This document shows positions 40,180-53,166 of a stretch of DNA of 64,000 nucleotides, piece by piece. The notes under the pieces were generated by a model that was not told the origin of the DNA, did no database searches, and saw only the letters and a list, made by a program, of their open reading frames with translations. Made by a program: the position numbers and the translations under genes. The DNA is from Raillietiella orientalis. Its lineage: Eukaryota. The stretch is taken from assembly GCA_036172245.1 (NCBI GenBank), contig JAYWIR010000015.1, forward strand, positions 806,001 through 870,000, in the 5' to 3' direction. The number at the start of each line of letters is the position of its first letter. Position 1 is the first letter of the stretch.

Positions 40180-41960
40180 TGACTCATTTGACATCAGAGG
40201 GAGCATTTCCGCAAACAGAAGTCCTTTGGAAAAGCACTCGGATAATTTTACCAAAGTATTTTCTTGCTCTCCAGCTTCTCAACTTTCCTGAAGCCACACG
40301 AGATGCAGAAATTGATAGCGTATCAATGCTAAAAAAAAAAGCATTTATAGATGACATTTTTTATCGCTCCTACGATGTACTGTAGGATGCCTTTTTCACT
40401 TTTTCACCCACTTTTCCCTCAATTGCATATAAACTCACTTAAATTGCACATCGAACGCCTATCTCTTCCTTTGGTCAGGCTTTCCTTCGTGGAAGCCGAG
40501 TGTCTTTTCCGAAATTCTATCCATACGCAGGTACTGAAGAACCCACCATGAGACTACTGTTAACAAAAAAGGAACTTTTAGATCACAGTAATTCATATGA
40601 ACTTTCGAAATAGCGGCCCTTGGCGATGGATAATTTCGAGGTGCTCTGCAATTTATTTGCTGTTGGTGTCTGTCTTTTCCAACGCCTCCGTGAATTTCAC
40701 TTTTATATCATTACAGGAGTTTTCTCGATATTTCCGGTGCGCTGACCAGAATTATCACTGGCACGTGTGCCTGAACGACGAAAGAACAGACTCTTGGACT
40801 TTAGTCAGGAAAGGTCATGGAAAGAATGCATCCACGTGTAGTGGCAATGGTGTAGACACTGGAAATGTTCGTATTCAATTAGAATGTTCCTCGACGAACG
40901 TGCCTCTTTTAGACGATCAGCTATTCATGCTGCATTTTTAGCTCATTGTCTTTTGAATTTGATTCGTTCAGATGGCAAGAATTCTCAGATCTCGATTCTC
41001 ATTCTCATTCTCATCCTCTCTGCTGATGTACCTAACGTTCGTTGCCACTGCATACATGGACAAATTTTTGCTTTCCCGTTCGTCCAGCAGCCAAAAGTTC
41101 AGGCACAAAGACCTCGGAAATCAGTAACACAAACTTCTTCCCTAAAACTTTTCGAAGTTGAGTCAATTACGCTTTTACCTTCCCAAGGTTACAAAGAACC
41201 TCAAAGAATGGCTTATTATCCCAAATGAACGGCGAATGTACGTCCGATGTTTTCGAAAACTCTTGCTGAGACTCTTTGCTGATCGTAGGTATGGCCGAAA
41301 GAGTAAAGACCGAGGGGATTCCGTCTATGGTCATCATTCCTCAACATCTTTGAATACCGGCAAGAAGATCTTCAAATGGAGGTTCAGGGAATATGTAGTC
41401 ATGAGCCAATCTGTTCCACTTCTGAAACAGACTTTGACCGCGCCTCAGCTTGAGCTTCTTGTCTAACATTCTTTTTTAGGTGTTGGTATGGGAACAGATC
41501 TAAAACATTCCTACTTCCAGAACTCTTTCAAGGAGCTGGTGAATGCCCCGTAGTGCATTACCTGTTAGCTTGCATATTGTGAATCCGTTTTCCCTTCCAA
41601 CGCCCCCAAAGAGGTCATCCACCAGCATCCACGATTCAGTTTTATTTTATCCTGATTTCGTTCCTTCGTTCGGAGATGTTGATCTTCTGCGAAACAGTAG
41701 TCTCCGGAACTGACATTCCGAGATCTATGACCATCTTAAATTCGTGTGAAAGAATTCAAAAGCTTTGCATGTCTTTTGAATTTGATTCGTTCAGATGGTG
41801 GGAATTCTCAGTTCTCTCAGATCCTCAAATTCTCAGATCCGAAATTCTGAATCGAAGCCTTCTTTCGTATGCCTGTTGGTGGATCTTCTAGAATATGGTT
41901 TGTGCCTTGTTAGTGCTGGAAGCAAATGGTTATATCCCAAATCCACCATCACAGGTGAAT
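40180..41960 (+). pseudogene. Degraded leucine-rich-repeat gene fragments with a duplicated acceptor-like segment
   Basis: Leu-periodic broken frames ('PQILRSEILNRSLL', 'NSLKLHIERL'). An identical 29-mer TGTCTTTTGAATTTGATTCGTTCAGATGG occurs at 40947 and 41770. Confidence 0.3.
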
Positions 41961-44900
41961 TTCTTCCATTCTTTCTCACAAAATAAGTTCTCAGAATGTC
42001 AGAATTGCATTTTTTGATCGAAATGCCATGTGTGGATATTTCAGAATCCTAAAGTTACATCGCTCTTATCTCACCTGAAAGCAAAATCGAAGCAGATGGC
42101 AAGAATCATCCAGCTTCCCAGGTAATACTTGCTATTCACCTGTTTTTTTTGCAAAACTTGAGAAACGATAAATTCTCTTTTCCTCTTTATGTTTGTGCTT
42201 CTTGCGAAGCGGCTGGAGTGGCAGTATTTAGGATACAAGAGAAGAACTTTGGAAGCAGTGTCAAGTGAATCATGCCCTTATATCAGCTGTGCAACATTGA
42301 TCAGACATCAGATGAAGTAGGAAGGAACCATTTTTATTCAGGCTATGCTTTGCTGTCCTTAAAGCAGAAACAGGAAGAAATCAGATTTAATGAGATGATG
42401 CAACATCCCATTCCTCCCAAGCAAAGAATGGAAGTCACACTCCGCAGTGAGGGATCGCTGAATCTGAAACGCATGCTGTGAATGAGCTTTGATCAAAAGC
42501 CGTTGCTACCATTAATAAACAGACCAATTCTCGAGGTCGATACCGAAAAACTGCCAGCGAGGCTTCTTTTCTTAACATTCCGAAGGGCCCTCATCCGCAA
42601 GAAGCGATCGGGTATCGGGTTCCCGTCTAAGAGCATTCCCTTCTGAGCCGTCGACGGATGCTGCATCACTCGTTTCATCCGGCGACAGCCTTGCCGAGCC
42701 CGTCAGGGCGGAGGAGGGCTTCCAGATCATCCACTAGGGTCAACTGCACAAGCACCTCCGTGATTGAAGATTTACCGGGGCTTGGCGTAGAGACATACCC
42801 ATGTTGGTTTTGTGGGGTTGCACAAGAGAGCAAATAACCGACAAGGAAACACAGGCTGAAGAACTCGGTGGTAATGATAGAGCGGGACACGCGGGGCGAT
42901 GACAGTTTGGAAACTCTTTGTGAAAGCAAAGCTGCTGAAGAACGGTGAAAGCGAAGCGTTTTCCGCTGCTCGCCAGTATCATTTGAAAGGCACTAAAATT
43001 TCTTGAGCCCACAGTTCGAAAAAATGCGAGACGGTAATTTGTACATCACGAAAAGATCTCGGAATACTGCCTCGAGATCGAGCGTTTCGTTCAGTGCTTT
43101 ATCTAGATTTCTCATTCATTTTAAAAATAATGATGCAGCAGAATAATCTCAGTGGAAGGAAAGGGCGGGCTCTAAGCGTTTCTCGGTGGATGTCGAGGCG
43201 AAGAAGCAGGAATCGTTTCTCATCGAGAGTGGGGGAGGGGGGAGGAAACTTGGGGAACCACTGAAAGGGATTTTCACTTCGTCCACGTGGTCTTTCAAAA
43301 CTTCCCGCTGATTTTCCGCACGCTGGTGATTTTGAAGCAATTTGTCCAAGTACGAATGCTTTATGCGCAGAGGTCATCGGGTTCCCGGGACAACTTTATG
43401 GTTTTTGCGTCCTTGTTCCAGTTCAACGTATTTTTCCGCAGACGGCACCCGGAAATTCGTTCCCATTCCTCTGAAGCGCTTTCGCTACTTTGTAACTTTT
43501 CCTCAGTGACATCCCAGATAGTGTTCTTGCACTGTGTTTTGCTGATTCCAGCTGCAGTTTTCTCTTTATGCAATCTTGTATATGAGGTGCTTCTTCTTCC
43601 TGCATAAGGACACATCCTCGATTACATCCGGAATTTGCAGTTTTGTTACCGCCTCAGGCGAAAGAGGGAAAATTGATTTATAAGACTGGATACATAAGGA
43701 CAGATTTCAAAGGACAAGACAAAGGACAGGACATACCGGGAAGCAAACTTGAACTTTGGATTGGGACTGGGTCCAGAATCCGAAACTGACTTTCGACCTG
43801 GTGTTCAGGTGGACTTCTGGAGAATCCAATGTATTGCTGACTGTGCACTCATGCAAGACAAAATGTACTGTTCGACGTCGCCGCGACCAAAACAAGATGA
43901 AGAAAAAGAAAACAAATAGAGGTTCCTGCCGCTTCCCTTTACCCAAAGGTGCAGACTGAAACACTCCTCCTGGTGGAAGCGGCAGCAATGAGCAGCAGTT
44001 CCGCACGGGAGCGACCGGGTAAGTCAAATACGAATTTGCTCGCAGCCAGTCGGACCTACCACAGATGCAGCCGGCTGCGCTGGAACTCCATCCTTCGCAA
44101 GCGTCGAAGATGCCTTTCCTCATGCTTCCATCATTTTGAGGTTGCTGTTTGTGCATTGGTAGCAGGTTTTGGTTTCGGACACAAGCATGGGGATAGGAGT
44201 CTGTCCATCCGGATGCCCGAAGTAATGCTCTCCCGAACTCGGATCGAATTGTCCCCTCAGTGATTTTTGCTTTGTCTCAAATGTTCTATCAAGTGAATCC
44301 CTTTTCCAACACTGACGGCCACCAGTCAAGGACTCGTAACATGGGACGCTCCATGTTAGCACTCCTAGGCCATCCGAGTTTTCAATCGCAAGAGTAATGA
44401 CGCGCTCCCCCTTACACCATTCAGACCTTTCCGTCCTCTACTGCATTCTCAAATGCAGCAAAGGTCCGAAGATCTGTCTCAGTGCTTCGGAAGTCCAGAG
44501 GCGTGCAATGTTGTTTTCAGCGTTCGATGATCCCCCCGTCTTCTTAATGGCCGTCAGAAATAAACTCTTGTTGCTTTCTTTGGGAAATCTAATAAGCATT
44601 CTTTATTGTGTAGCTGATGTAATGAGAAAAGAATTATGAGGAAAGCAATGAGAGTGATCATCACGAGAAAATGAGTCGTGAATAATGTGATTAAGTGGGA
44701 ACGAGACCTTCCCTGTGTTTTTTTTTTTTTTATTATTATGCTGCTGTTATTTCTCTGGAGATGATTTAGGAGAAAAAATGAAAAGTCTCTGGCGGGAGCT
44801 TCGGGACTGTCGAAAGTATCCAATTTTCCTAGCTGCTGCCACACATGGAGGAATTCTGCATTCCTGCTTTGCATGCAACTTTCTGGACTTTATTTCTTTC

Positions 44901-46959
44901 AGCGAAATTACACAGGTTAGGCGGGATGACCTTTGCCAAGGTCCTCCTTAACTCCTTATACCTAATAACCACATGCTGCTGATTCTAATTTAAAATCAAG
45001 AAAGGGAAATACCGAAGGGCTTGCAAAGAAGAGTGCTCAGAGAGGAGGCAGACTGACACAGAAGATTATCTGCAGCTGTAAACAAAATTGTTTAACCAAT
45101 GAATGGTTTTATGGAGTGAAGAAACACACCAAAGCAATCCATCCTTCTGCGACTAAGTATGAAACGGAAATAAAAGAATCCTTGTTCATTTGACCTCCAA
45201 ACTTCGAACAAACGAAAATTTGCAGTCTAAAAGTCACCTTTAAAAAAAAAAAAAAGAAAAAGAAAAAAAAAAAATCGAAGTCTTCAAAAGGGGAAGGAAA
45301 GACCGAATGGGAACCAACTGAAGACACAAAAATCTGCTCTGATATGTTGGAATCCGGACTGACTCGCGGAAGTGGTCGAGGTGAGCTCAATGATGAGCGT
45401 AGCAAATTTCCCACAGTTCTCCTACCCCGATGCTTGCTCGAATCAGATCCAGGAAAACACCCCAGTTAACAGTTTCCCCTCACTGCGGACACGGTGACAT
45501 CGAGAAGGGCGTTATTTCACCTTTGCAGAATGAGAAAACAGATTCAATTCAATTTCCTTATTCCTTCGGAACAACAAGATCTGCATTTGATGGCACCTGA
45601 AAAGGATGTGCGGATGGGATCAAAGGACCGTTGGTACAGGGGAAGATGCTGGAGTGGAAAGCAGAATATCTAGATACGGATCACTCCTAGCTTGCTTTTA
45701 TGCTTCTGGCACAACACATGATGCAACAGGAGCTGGTGGTCACCAAGGTCTTGGTTGTGAGACGCAGCAGTAATATGTGATGACGTCTTCCCTTTATTGG
45801 TGGAAATTCAAATCCAACCGCGTTTTAATGGTAAAAACTTAACAAGTGAGTTAAGATAAAGAGTTGGGCATAGGTGGTTAATGGAAAGGCATCCAATCAT
45901 GGAAGACCATCTAAGTATCCAACTTATAGAGGGATGCCTTTTGGAAGCACGCTGCTTTGAATCTTTAGCCAGTTCAGAATTTGAGCAGGAATGAGATTTC
46001 CCCATTTCTATATTTCATTGGATACTTAATTGGGTTGTGCAATTCACACCGTGCAACTCTGATGTTCTAAAAACTAAAGGTTTGTGTTGGGCTTTCTACT
46101 GATGTCCATCCGATCCACATGTCAAATTTGAGATCATGCAGTGCCAAGATGTCTCTCGCGTTCCGTTTCTAGGGAGGGCTCCAATGGGAAAGACTCCGAA
46201 AGTCCCTCCTTCGGGATATGCTGATTCCGAATTGTTCCTGTAAAAATGCTTGGGATTTTCCGGTCGTCTCGAGGACACATCTCTAAGGAATGGCATGGTC
46301 TCTGGTCAGTTCTCGAAGTCATATTTTCGAATCATATCTCTTCCCACTTGTATTCTTCCCTTACATGATGCATTTACTGCTTGTTCGGTACATTACTTAT
46401 CGCCAGCGAAAATCTTCTTGCCTTCGGAAATGGAATGGACAGCGCTCTTGCTTTCAAATTTTTATCGGTGCCGTTTTCTTTTCCTATTACTTTCTATTGA
46501 ATTTCGCAATGAATTATGGGTCCCTGCTAATTACTGAATAGGAAAATGAGTTATTTGGAAACAAAAGATGACGGAAGGCAGTAAAGATTCTTCCCAGCAG
46601 TGCAAGTAAGAATTCCAAAGCTCGGAAAGCAGCAGCACAGGACAGATACGTCTGAAAGATTATTAAGGGATTTCATGGTTTAGCATTACTGTGGAAAGTG
46701 GGGAAACAGATTCCGCCCAGAGTGGTAGAAAAGAGCTTTCCATTGGTATCGGCGGGCGCCATGTTTGCTTAAGAGTAATGCTATAACTGAAGGATATTAC
46801 TTCGCTAATCCGAAACTTCATCATGAAAAGGTACACAAAAGGACAGCAGCTCAGGAGGCACCCACGAAAACTGTCCTTTCCCTCATCACTTCCCTCGCTG
46901 TGCCACAGTAGCGATGGTGCGTTCTCCCACACTCTAATCTCTTGACGGAAACTCTGGAA

Positions 46960-47150
46960 CAGGGATCGTGCTCCTGATTTCCGGCATCGCAACGGGAGAC
47001 GGCTTTCTCGGTGAGCTCTTCGCGCGTGGGAGTATCGGCTTTTTCAAGGACGAACATGTGACTACTGCCATTACGGAAACGCTGGGACGTGGAGAGTCTG
47101 CTCAGCATCCAACGGGCTTGCGGCTGGAGCGAGGAACGAAATCCTCCACT
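46960..47150 (+). pseudogene. Ankyrin-repeat relic
   Basis: 'ELFARGSIGFFKDEHVTTAITETLGRG...LRLERGT' follows the ankyrin consensus 'lLl..Ga.v...d..G.Tal..A...G...lLLe.Ga'. Confidence 0.35.
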
Positions 47151-50100
47151 GGACAGAAATTTCGCCCAACTTCGTAATTTATGGAAAGGGGGTTCCTCTT
47201 TGGGAGAGAAGATGGCAATTACTCCCCCTTCAGAAAAGTCAGTCGCTTTTATTGGCCACTTGATTTTTGGTGCCGAAATCTCTAAGGGGAGGCAGAAGAA
47301 TGTGAGCGCATTCCTCGTGTTGGGAAGACGAGAAGGGAAGCACAAATACAAAAGGAAGAGCGATGCTCGGAACATTTCAGAGTCGTCTCGTGTTTCCCTG
47401 ATCGCTTACGAATGCAGCTCGTTGGTAATCACCCCGAATTCCAATTCGGAAATAGGAGCAGCTGGGTGTGCGCGTTGCAGGAAACAGTTTTCATAGGTCG
47501 GAACCACTGACAGAATGTGTCATTTCACTCGAAAAGGGCTTCGTCTGTCCTGAGCACTCCTCACCACCCATCCCACATCTTTGATTCGACGAAGGAAGCA
47601 ATCGAGACGCTGAACGATCGGCTGTGGACGAGCATGAAGGGGCCTCGCGAATTGAAGAAGTGGTCATCCGATGCAGGAGCCTCAAAACACAGAGGCAGCC
47701 TCTAGAAGAATCCCAGCGTACGCGACAACCGTCTTGGAATGGAAATGAAAAAAGAGAAGCAGGTTTCTTACCAACACGGCTTAATTGCGAAACATCACGT
47801 GCCGGTAACCAGCAGAGTGATTGCATTCGTTGAGGCAGCATGGGACTCTGGCGAAAAATCTGCTCCTCAGCCGAGTTTCGACATACCCCCAGATTTCTGT
47901 GTCAAGGCAAAAGACGTTATGCTCCTTACTTGATTTACAAGTTTCGATGCCTTTGCTGAGGCGTTCCGTGCAGCATTGGCATTCCTCGTGATCTCTGCGA
48001 GATCCTGAAGTGAACAGCCAATAGGCGCCTCATCATTCTCTCTTGTGACTCCAATTTGACACGAGCCATTCTCATGGGTCAAGAAGATCTGCTACTTATG
48101 GCTTCGAGGAATTTGAACCGTATCAGTTCGTGGGTAGACCTTCAGGTTTTCAAGCACTGCTTCAGTGGTTTTTTTTCCTCGCTCTGGAATTCGTCACAGA
48201 GGACCTCAGAAGCTGAATCATTACTTCCGCTCGAGCATGCAGGATGACAAGTAACGGTCCTCTTTGAATTTTCGCAATCCATTCAGTTGAATCCCACTGA
48301 ACGTTAGAGAATGTGTGCACTACTGAAGCTGAGGGCTGGATAGCAATCATCTGGAAGAACACCAGCGTGTTTGGGTTTCAAGCCTGAAGAAAAACCCCTC
48401 ACGTTAGACGATTGACGTTGACACGTAACGAAAAGAAACAAACAAATAGCAAGGGGTCCTTGTTTGGTCGGTGATTCTTGAATTTCGGCGCTACACTGCC
48501 ACCCTTGCTCATCTTCTCTTCCAGCTACTTCCGTATTCTCCGAGATGACGTTTCCGCAGCAACCTTCAGAATTCGAATTCTTCGCTGTTCGTTGCAGGGA
48601 ATTCACTTGAATGCGTTTCCCTGCCTTGCTGATCATGCAATGTGCACCAATAAAAAAACTTCCCATGTCGTGGGGCACATTGGGAAACAATCCTTAAAGA
48701 GGTGGTCACATTTCATCATGGTTCCATATCGTCCCATTTGGAAAATGCCAGAAGGTTTTCTTGAGGTTTTCTCTCGGAATCGAATGAGCTTCGATCAATT
48801 CTTAAATGAAGTGCACAACATTTCGAACCACACGGCAATGTTAAAAGTGAACAAGCTTCAAAAAAAAAAAAAAGACGTGTGTATTTTTGCGGAGCTTGGT
48901 GATTGTATTGGTGTGCTTAGAGGTAGGTGTATATTGAGTGGTGCTTAGAGCACTAGAGCTTACGAATGTCCGAAACATTAACCAGCTGCTTGCAGAGTGC
49001 ATGTGAATGGGTCTCGAGATATCATTACGTGTTGCCAATTCTTTGGCAGCCTATTCGAAAATTTTACGAGCTCCCGCACGCAGTTCCTGATGTCGAAAAA
49101 TGTGGCCCGTTCAAAGGAAAAAAAGAAAAAAAGTGGCAACACGAAAAAAGCACACAATTGAAAATAACTGATGAAAGACCTGAAGTGTTGCTTGTTAAAC
49201 TTAGGACGTGGCAATGAAAGAGCGATGTGTTAAAGAAGAGCTAAGAAGTGCACTTATGGAGAAACACAGCACAGTTCAAAGATCGCTGCACAAACCCAAG
49301 GGTCAAAAGATTTTTTGCTCCGACTTGCAAACCATACATTCGCCGTTTTTTATCTACATAAATGAGGATATGTTTTTTTTCCAGCTTATATCACAACCTC
49401 TGTATGAGTTCTAGTTTTTGCTTCGAAAGTGAACCCGAAACGGAGACATCGGATCTACATATTTCTCACCTTACAGTATAAACTCAGAGCAAGAATTCTG
49501 TATAATTTCTGTCTCTGTAGGCATGTGGTCCATTTCTCCGCCAATCTCTGCGTGCTTATGCAAAAAGAGTCGTTTCATTCAAGAAATCATATAGCGGTTT
49601 TCCCACGCAGCCTCTCTGCGCTTCGCCTTTCGGAAAGTGCTCCGCCGAGTGGACCATCCTCCAACGGTTGAAGCAAAAAGCAGCGGTGTGATAACGAATT
49701 GGGTCTCCTCCCGGGGAGTGTCGCAATCTTCTCAGAAGTCAGTTCTTCGAGCCTCTGAGCCATGTGCCGAGAAGTCCATGCTGTTAATCAGCACTTTTTC
49801 ACAGAGCCCTTTGAATCCAATCTATGGCTTCAGCAGGATCTCTCTGTTTCAAACACTGCTGTGCGGTTTTTCATCCCGGGTCGGATCCATGGTTCCTTCA
49901 TAATCCCAGAAGATGGTCGACGCCAAGTTCGTCGGCGCCCTGTCGAATCCGAAATTTCTGGGAGCTCGTAAGCTGTCAATCTTCCAATTCTCTCAGAGTC
50001 TTTTCTTATCCCTTGAAAAGTGGGATCCACTGTCTCGTCACCAGTGGTCACCCTCTTTTGAAATGCATCTCTTTTGTTTCTGCATTCATCTCTTCTCCTT

Positions 50101-51469
50101 GCCTTCTCCTGTCTTCTTGCAACTGGTCTTTCCCCTATTTCGTGTCTGTTTTAATGCTCTCGCGGTCATTGTGGGCGGCTGAATTTGTTATTCCCCAAAC
50201 AAATGCCCAGCTGCAAAGTTGTTTTGGCGGCTGTGAGTTGTTTTTATTGACCGTGTTGACACATTCGACCTCGCTTTCTCTTCCGGATGTTTGATGCCAT
50301 CCTGAAGGATTTTCGTAGGTCAGGATACCTGGGTTTTTGATGTAGTTCACCCACTGATATTCTGAGAATCGAAGCAACTTCTCCATATCTTGCCAGTATT
50401 TTCACATCCAGGGCAATCCTTCATAGCTCTGAAACATCCTTGCTGTGAAGATGGTTTGACTTGTTGGCATCCAGTGAGAGAGAGGTCAATTTTTTTGCAA
50501 GTGCGGGCTCATAAAGTATTGATTTCTGTATGACGAAGCAAGCAGTGCAAAGGATGAGGCGAAGACATAGATGACACACATGGTTTGCATGATTTGCCTA
50601 AGCGAGACTCCGGAATTACCTGCGTGTCTACATTTTGACTTCCTAGTCTGAGCGTTGACGCACATTTCCTCTCACAAGTCACACACTGCTGAAGAAGCAG
50701 TGTGTGATTTGTCTTTCAAGTCTTTCTTTTCGAGTCACTTCATCCAGTCATCGACAGCACATTTCCAGCCACCAACCCACCCTGTGTCTTTTTCTCCGCA
50801 GAATCTGCTTCATCTCTTCGCTACCAAATTTTTGCCACATGCTTGCCGTCCCTGAGCTCAAAATTTTCATGGTTTGGCGCTGCTCACAGATTCCGGGAGT
50901 GTCTTCAGCAGCGCCTTGCATTCGTGTGCTAATGCCATGTTTCGAAACCAGGGTTCCCACTTGAAGCTTCTAAGATGCATAAAGCGACTGCCATTCTCAG
51001 ACCTATCCAAACATTCTTCCATGGATTCATCCATCATCGGATTGCTGCAGAGTATGGGCACTTCAGCTTGGGAATTTGAATTTCTTCAGCACACACTCAG
51101 TTCGTAGCAAATCGGACGCCATCTTAAATTCTTTTTCAATATTGTACACGTTGGTGTGCAAAAAAAATCACAATGAGAATTTCGTTCATTCCGTTCTGAA
51201 ACATGGCAGCGTCGAGGTAGGAAGGTATCCAAAGAAAAAAAATGCTGGAAGGTATCCTGTCCTTGTCCGGACATGTCAAGGAATCGCCGTCATAATATTC
51301 CCAGTGGACGTTTTAGAAAAGATTAAAAAATATCCGTCTTATAATAGCGCAACTACATATGAGCAGCGGAACTGCATGGCAGAATTTCTTCACGTTTATT
51401 TTGTTCCCATGATAATTTTTCGAAGTGTCCCCCATCATTGAGATGCCGACCGAAATCTCCAGACATCAT

Positions 51470-51722
51470 AGTGTTCATTATATATGTTAATATGTATATA
51501 TGCATCGCTTCTCTGCCTTTTGGCTAAGGTCAGTATATGTAATGAACGTGTGTATTTGCTTGTCATAATTTTTACAATGTATTAATCCACACGTGAATCC
51601 ATACATAAATATATCCATAAATACATACCTAAATAAAGCTACATATAAATATGTGCATTAATATATATAATAAACATATGTATTTAGTGTTATAATCTTC
51701 CGGGACTTCGAACCAACCCCAT
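51470..51722 (+). repeat. AT-rich dispersed element, copy 2
   Basis: TA-rich body ending in 'taaacatatgtatttagtgttataatcttccgggacttcgaaccaacccc', similar to the terminus at 56125-56178. Confidence 0.6.
51504..51532 (+). pseudogene. U2 snRNA 5' fragment (nt 1-29)
   Basis: ATCGCTTCTCTGCCTTTTGGCTAAGGTCA versus canonical U2 ATCGCTTCTCGGCCTTTTGGCTAAGATCA, 27/29 identical. The match begins exactly at U2 +1. The rest of U2 is absent. Confidence 0.85.
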
Positions 51723-51999
51723 CCTTAATACGTCACGTCTTTCCTTGGCATTTCCTCCGCCGCATAAAATTTTTGTTCCGAGTTTTCATGACCACTGAGA
51801 TAGCATTTGATGTCGTTTAGTTAGCAACAGAGATTAAATCAGTTGCGATGCCACTGCAATCAATTTAGACGATGCGATCCTCTGGTCTGTGCGTGAAGGA
51901 AACACCAAAATCGATCGAGACAATGTTCCTATGAAGATGCATCCCGTTAGCAGTTGGCCTCAGCGTCTACGCAAGAAAATTCTCTCACGAGCAGACCAA

Positions 52000-52600
52000 A
52001 TGCGAGAAGAAGGTCGGCAGCCGAACGCTCTCACTTGGAAGAGGCTGAGGGAGCAGTGGGGATAAAAAAACAGATATACACGCGGTATGGGGAAATACGG
52101 GACGCATACGACTTTTGTAGCCTCCGGGAATAAGGCAGTCAGGGTCACCGGGTATCTGCTCCGCGTCTTGCGTCTTCCTCTTAGCCAACTCGCAAATCTG
52201 GGGTGCACGCTTATCGGTTTCGGGATGCAAGTGAGGTCATTTTTCTACCCTGCTCATCATGGACGGGATGGAGCGACTGGCCGTCCCCTATTGCGACCGT
52301 TGCTCCACCGCGCGGTGGTTCGTGCGACTGTTCCACGGATGCAGTGCAACATGTCCAGTGGCCCGGTGGTCGACAGTCGCGGCGGCGTAAAGAAGCTGCG
52401 GTCGAGTTTCAGGTGCATTGCCATCCACTGCGGGAGAACTCGCATTCCAGCAGACGCAGGGACGATTCATCTGTTCTGGCACAGTTCGAGAATGCGTTCG
52501 CTCTAGTCCAGCGCTGCAGGCACTGGTTGAGAGACCCCGGTGCATGAAGAGTGTCACTGCGTGGTTGTCACCGGAGGGGAAGCACTGAACCGTCCAAAAG
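52000..52600 (-). mobile_element. Possible LINE 3' relic directly downstream of SINE copy B
   Basis: GC-rich broken frames followed by a T-rich, UTR-like stretch near 52060-52080. No intact diagnostic motif. Confidence 0.3.
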
Positions 52601-52602
52601 GA

Positions 52603-53166
52603 TGGTTGTCTCCGATGGAAACCTCTTCCTTATTCTCTCCGGAGGGGTTCCCTGAAGGAGGCTACTCCTCATTTCTTATTCTGAGAAAGCCTTCAAGGCA
52701 ATCGATTCTTGTTTACCCCTCTGAAGAGAACCACGAAGGGATGCCTCCAATTTCTCTGAAGAGTGCTGCCCGAAGGGAGTGACACGCCTCTTTGCACTCT
52801 GGAGAGGCATCATCAATCCACTAGCTCCATGGCACGAGACGGAGGGTTCTCCCCGAAGGGCAAGGTCCTTCTCTCCTTTGCACAGCCTGAGGGAACCCCA
52901 GAGGGAGTCCCGATGGGAATCGGATTCCTTGATTCTGGAAGAATCCCAGAGGGTCGACCCCCAATCCCGAACACTCATCGGGAGCATCCGATTTTAACCG
53001 CTACTGGTGTCGCACCCGAATATGGGTCAACCAGTGTCATCCTGCGGGGGAGACTCGCAAGTTGCTACTCACTCATTTCTCTGGCATCGATCCTCCACGT
53101 GGGGATTCGAACCCGCAATGCTTAGTACAACGCGCGGAGACCGCAGCTACACGGCCGCCAACGCGG
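52603..53166 (-). mobile_element. tRNA-derived SINE, copy B (contiguous head plus hairpin-rich body)
   Basis: A-box-like TGGCGGCCGTGTAG and a perfect B-box GGTTCGAATCC (plus-strand 53103-53113). Homologous to both 28372-28550 and 29645-30066. Confidence 0.8.

Noticed and set aside
46150..46290. Third copy of the hairpin-rich SINE body (contains ccttcggg and gactccgaaagtc)
   Set aside because: Similar texture, but I could not establish a collinear alignment to either SINE copy.
47150..47230. Kinase Gly-loop-like 'LRNLWKGGSSLGE'
   Set aside because: No downstream VAxK, HRD or DFG motifs found.
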